Origin: a virus
Taxonomy: Duplodnaviria; Caudoviricetes
Direction: 5' to 3' (one strand)
Virus record (IMG/VR): IMGVR_UViG_3300023176_004599
Location: 1 to 30,280 of that record
Length of the DNA: 30,280 nt
The notes below the pieces were generated by a model that was not told the origin of the DNA, did no database searches, and saw only the letters and a program-made list of their open reading frames with translations. Position 1 is the stretch's first letter. Each line of letters starts with the position of its first letter. Made by a program: the position numbers and the translations under genes. This document shows positions 26,275-30,280 of the stretch, piece after piece.

Positions 26275-27606
26275 ATGTCAACGATTAAGTTAAGAAGAAG
26301 TGCGACTCCTGGAAAAACGCCTACAACAGCACAACTTGCTCTAGGTGAAGTTGCAATCAACACCCACGACGGTGTTATGTTTTTCAAACAAGATCAAACA
26401 AGCACTGGCGGACCAGTATCTATTGTAGAAGTTGGTAGACCAGACAGTGCTGAAAATGTTTATTACGTTAAAGAAAATGGCGATGATACACAAGATGGTG
26501 ACACTATTGCGGAAGCGTTTGCTACATTAAATGCCGCTATAGCAGTCGCAACCTCAGGTGATACAATTTTCCTTAAATCAGGAGATCACACAGTTGCCAA
26601 CAATCCTTTAGTTATTCCAGCAGGTGTTACTATTATCGGTGATAATCTTAGAAGCACAACTATACGTGGTGCTGTTGCAACCAATGACATTTTACATTTA
26701 AACAATGCTTGTTATATTGCTGGTGTTACGTTCCGTGGACATACAACTGGTGCTGCGGCAGTAGCATTTCCAGCAGCAGGTGCAGGAGCAATTACTACAA
26801 GCCCTTACGTACAAAACTGCTCAAGTATCACTAGCGACGGTGTAGGTATGAAAATCGATGGATCACTAGCAAGCGGAACACGTAGTATGGTTAGTGATGC
26901 ATTTACACAGATTAACTTAGGCGGTACTGGTGTACACATTTTAAACAGAGGCTATGCACAGTTAGTTAGTATTTTTACAGTTGCTTGTCAAGATGGTATT
27001 TTGTGCGAAAGCGGCGGACAATGTTCACTTACTAACAGTAACGCAAGTTTTGGAACATACGGATTAAGAGCAACCGGTAAAAGTGCAAGTTTATATACTG
27101 GTAGCACAACAACAAATACAGTTGAAACAGGAAATACAGTAACAATTGGTAGTTTATCAACAAGACCAAAATACGGCGATGCCATTAAAATTGATGGAGA
27201 CGCTCGTTACTATACTGTTGAAGCAAGTACTGCATTAAGTGCAGGATCAAGCGATGTTACTATACTAGAAACTTTTGAAACAAATGTTAGTAGCGGCGCT
27301 GGCGTAAACTTTTACGAAAGAAGTTTAATTCAAGCAAGTAGTATTACATTTGAATATGTGGGAAGTGGTAACAACTTTACTAGTGCGTTACCAGAAAATG
27401 GTGGCTTCCCAGTACAAGCAAACGAAGTAGTTGAAGACAGTGATGGTCAAGGCCAGGTATTCTTTACTAGTACTGACCAAAAAGGTGACTTTAGAATTGG
27501 CGGCGATTTGCTTATTAATGCAAGTGCTGGTATTATTGAAGGTACAACTTTTGACAGATCACTATTTGCAGTTCTAACACCATATATTCTAGCGATTGAG
27601 AGTTAA
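26275..27606 (+). CDS. Tail spike/fibre protein with pectin-lyase-like beta-helix region
   Basis: N-terminal IKLRRS..PGK.P....L..GE.AIN; YYV.ENGDD...G...AFAT...A, GDTI.LKSG, GDNLR, SPYVQNCS, FTQIN.GG motifs. Confidence 0.7.
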   Translation: MSTIKLRRSATPGKTPTTAQLALGEVAINTHDGVMFFKQDQTSTGGPVSIVEVGRPDSAENVYYVKENGDDTQDGDTIAEAFATLNAAIAVATSGDTIFLKSGDHTVANNPLVIPAGVTIIGDNLRSTTIRGAVATNDILHLNNACYIAGVTFRGHTTGAAAVAFPAAGAGAITTSPYVQNCSSITSDGVGMKIDGSLASGTRSMVSDAFTQINLGGTGVHILNRGYAQLVSIFTVACQDGILCESGGQCSLTNSNASFGTYGLRATGKSASLYTGSTTTNTVETGNTVTIGSLSTRPKYGDAIKIDGDARYYTVEASTALSAGSSDVTILETFETNVSSGAGVNFYERSLIQASSITFEYVGSGNNFTSALPENGGFPVQANEVVEDSDGQGQVFFTSTDQKGDFRIGGDLLINASAGIIEGTTFDRSLFAVLTPYILAIES

Positions 27607-27608
27607 CT

Positions 27609-27950
27609 ATGGCAACACCATTAAACGTTTTTAAAACAGTAACATTTGATATAACAACAAGTAATACAGTTGTATATACTGCACCAACAGGATTTACAGG
27701 TATTATTCTAATGGCACAAGTAGCCAACGTTGCAAGTACCAGTACTGAAACTGTAACATTTAGTCATTATGATACTAGTGCAGCGGTAGAAACTGAGCTT
27801 GTTAAAACCTTTAATATTCCTGAAGCAGATGCAGCAAGTTTGCTTACAGGTAAACTCATACTTGAAGATGGAGATAGTGTAAAAGCAGTAGCAAGTGCGA
27901 ATAGTACATTCAAACTTACATTAAGTGTCCTGGAGTCATTAAATGCGTAA
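27609..27950 (+). CDS. Small virion-associated beta protein
   Basis: VYTAP.G...I..AQVAN...GKLILE.GDS pattern; tightly coupled to both neighbours. Confidence 0.7.
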   Translation: MATPLNVFKTVTFDITTSNTVVYTAPTGFTGIILMAQVANVASTSTETVTFSHYDTSAAVETELVKTFNIPEADAASLLTGKLILEDGDSVKAVASANSTFKLTLSVLESLNA

Positions 27951-30280
27951 ACTCGACTTACTAAGCGGAAGAGTTAAAAAAGTTACAGGTACATCACTTG
28001 ATGCTAACCGCTATGATTTTTTAAACTTACAAAATGCAGAACCTGATGCAGGATTTCCTGCACAAACTAATAGTTTATTTGCTAGTACAAACACTGGTAC
28101 TAGAAGTTGGTTAACAACTAACAGCGCATTGTCAGGTTTAACAGTTTCTGCTAGTGATTTAAAAGTTGATGAAGATACAGTTTTTGTAGATACGTCAGGT
28201 TTTATTAATACTACTGCAAACAACTTACACCAAGTTTTGACAGATCTTGACGCAAACTTGGGTGCTACTACAGCAAACGCCTTGACTGCAGTTGTAACTG
28301 ATGGTACTATTGATGGTAACGGTACTACAGGCACGCCACTTAGCATTGGTCAAGGTGTGCGTACTACTGATGATCCATATTTTGCAGGACTACAAGTTGC
28401 ACCACAAGATGCAATTAGTGGTATTACATTGAGCAATCCTATTCGTGTTACTGTTTCAACAAGTCACGATTTAACTGACGGTGATTTAGTTACTTTTAGT
28501 GATATTGAAGGAACAACACAACTTAATGGTAATGATTATTATGTAGATGTTATTGATACAACTACAGTAGACTTATATAGTGACCAAGCACTTACTACTG
28601 GTATAGATGGAACTAGTGGCGGATATAGTTCATATACATCTGGAGGGTTTTTAATTGGTGGTGGATATAGATTTCCATCGCTAGACGGTACATCAGGAAG
28701 TTATTTAAAAACAGATGGACTTGGCCAACTTAGTTTTGATAGACCAGTTCAATATGGTGGTTCACAACCTACAAATCCAGACACTGGTGATTTATGGTAT
28801 GACAGCGTTACAGCACAAGACCTTCTTGTTTATAATGGTACACAGTTTATTAGTGCTACTGAAGGCGGAACACAAAGTGCATTTACACTAAGACAATTTG
28901 CAGGTGACGGTAGTACAACCGCATTTGACACACAAGCACCTTCGGTGCAAAAAGTACTTGTGTTCTTAAATGGTATTTTGCTTCGTTTAACAGACGACTT
29001 TACATTTAGTAATGGTATTATTACATTTAACAGTGCACCGTTAGCAAATGACACAATTGAAGTATTGCTTACTGGTGATGCTGACTTAGTTGGACTAGAA
29101 CTACTAGGTATTGCAAACCATGATTTAATTACAGTTGACGGAGCAGGAAATGTTACATTGTCAGGTGAGCTTGACATGGACGGAAACAAGATTATAAATC
29201 TTGGAACACCAACAATAACAACAGATGCAGCAACTAAAGCATATGTTGATGCACAAGCAGGTGCAGTAACAATCAATACTTCGGGTGATACTGGAACTGG
29301 TAGTGTACAAAGTGCAACACAAGTTCTTAATATTGCTGGTACAGCAAATGAAATTGAAACAACGGCAGCAAACCAATCAGTTACAATTGGATTACCAGAC
29401 GATGTAACAATCGGACAAGACTTAACAGTTACAAGAAACTTAATTGGTCCGAACTTATTTTCAGTCAATCCTGCAACAATAAGTGCAAGTACAGTAAATT
29501 ACACTGTTACTGTTGCTAGTGGAACATTGTATGGCGGCGGTACTGGAAATGTGTTTTACTTAGAAAACACAACTGAAGGCACAGCAAATACTGGTAACCC
29601 TGTGATAAATCTTTACAGAGGTAATACTTATGTATTTGACGTAAGTGATACAAGCAATAACGGACACCCGCTAAGATTTACAGCAGATGGTGGTACAACT
29701 GAATATACAACCGGTGTGACAACAAGCGGCACTGAAGGACAAGTAGGTGCTACTGTAACATTTGTTGTCCCATCAGATGCTCCTGCTAACTTACAGTACT
29801 ATTGTACAGTACACGGTACTGGAATGGGTAACTTAATTGCTACTAGATCGCTTGGTGGTACACTTATTATTTCAGGCGACTTACAAGTTGATGGATCGCA
29901 AACTGTTATTAATAGCACCGAACTGGTTATCGACGACAAAACTATTACAGTTGCAGAAGGTAGTGCAGATAAGGCAACAGCAAGTGGAAGTGGATTGCTT
30001 GTAGACTTAGGCACTGACGGATCAGCAAGTTTACTTTACACAAACAATGACAGATGGACATTTAACAATGCTCCGTATTTTAATACATTACGTTTACTTA
30101 CAACAGACGATTTAACTGGAAGTGACAACTATGCTTATAAAACTGTGTCAGTTACTGACACAGATAATATTTTTAGTTGGAGTGAAACTGGTAGTGTTGC
30201 AGCACCAAGTAATGTAGGAAACCTTACATTTGTGAGTGGCGGTGCTATAGATATTGACATTGACACAACACAGTATGCTA
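27943..30280 (+). CDS. Large mosaic tail-fibre/structural protein (3' truncated; absent from the supplied ORF track)
   Basis: ATG 27943 overlaps the upstream stop; reads MRKLDLLSGRVKKVTG... and I saw no stop before the window end (about 779 codons). Contains an FCCH-like beta domain (about 28415-28580), a DAATKAYVD motif and a cupredoxin-like domain (about 29590-29835). Confidence 0.85.
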   Translation, partial: MRKLDLLSGRVKKVTGTSLDANRYDFLNLQNAEPDAGFPAQTNSLFASTNTGTRSWLTTNSALSGLTVSASDLKVDEDTVFVDTSGFINTTANNLHQVLTDLDANLGATTANALTAVVTDGTIDGNGTTGTPLSIGQGVRTTDDPYFAGLQVAPQDAISGITLSNPIRVTVSTSHDLTDGDLVTFSDIEGTTQLNGNDYYVDVIDTTTVDLYSDQALTTGIDGTSGGYSSYTSGGFLIGGGYRFPSLDGTSGSYLKTDGLGQLSFDRPVQYGGSQPTNPDTGDLWYDSVTAQDLLVYNGTQFISATEGGTQSAFTLRQFAGDGSTTAFDTQAPSVQKVLVFLNGILLRLTDDFTFSNGIITFNSAPLANDTIEVLLTGDADLVGLELLGIANHDLITVDGAGNVTLSGELDMDGNKIINLGTPTITTDAATKAYVDAQAGAVTINTSGDTGTGSVQSATQVLNIAGTANEIETTAANQSVTIGLPDDVTIGQDLTVTRNLIGPNLFSVNPATISASTVNYTVTVASGTLYGGGTGNVFYLENTTEGTANTGNPVINLYRGNTYVFDVSDTSNNGHPLRFTADGGTTEYTTGVTTSGTEGQVGATVTFVVPSDAPANLQYYCTVHGTGMGNLIATRSLGGTLIISGDLQVDGSQTVINSTELVIDDKTITVAEGSADKATASGSGLLVDLGTDGSASLLYTNNDRWTFNNAPYFNTLRLLTTDDLTGSDNYAYKTVSVTDTDNIFSWSETGSVAAPSNVGNLTFVSGGAIDIDIDTTQYA

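Noticed and set aside
1-30280. Alternative genetic code
   Set aside because: Core genes are full length under the standard code, and TAA, TAG and TGA all occur as stops

Overview
AT-rich segment of a large T4-like (myovirus-type) dsDNA phage genome. It starts with the 3' end of a gp55-like late sigma factor, then a gp47/gp46 (Mre11/Rad50-type) nuclease pair, two small ORFs, a HAD phosphomannomutase-like gene and a GIY-YIG (EndoII/DenA-like) nuclease. Next come a minus-strand gp26/gp51-like pair joined by a T9 slippery site, a tape-measure-like gene and the head module (portal, core, protease, scaffold, major capsid). The rest is virion/tail-fibre genes, including an S8 peptidase and a heme oxygenase. 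NATAAATA late promoters recur before structural genes. The most notable unexplained elements are two GC-rich, heavily base-paired non-coding regions. One (about 270 nt) follows the GIY-YIG nuclease and precedes DNA-type mini-hairpins. The other (about 370 nt) is bounded by a sigma70 promoter and a terminator behind the capsid gene and contains a pseudoknotted domain plus a domain with two exactly complementary loops. All family assignments are from motif recognition by eye, with no database searches.
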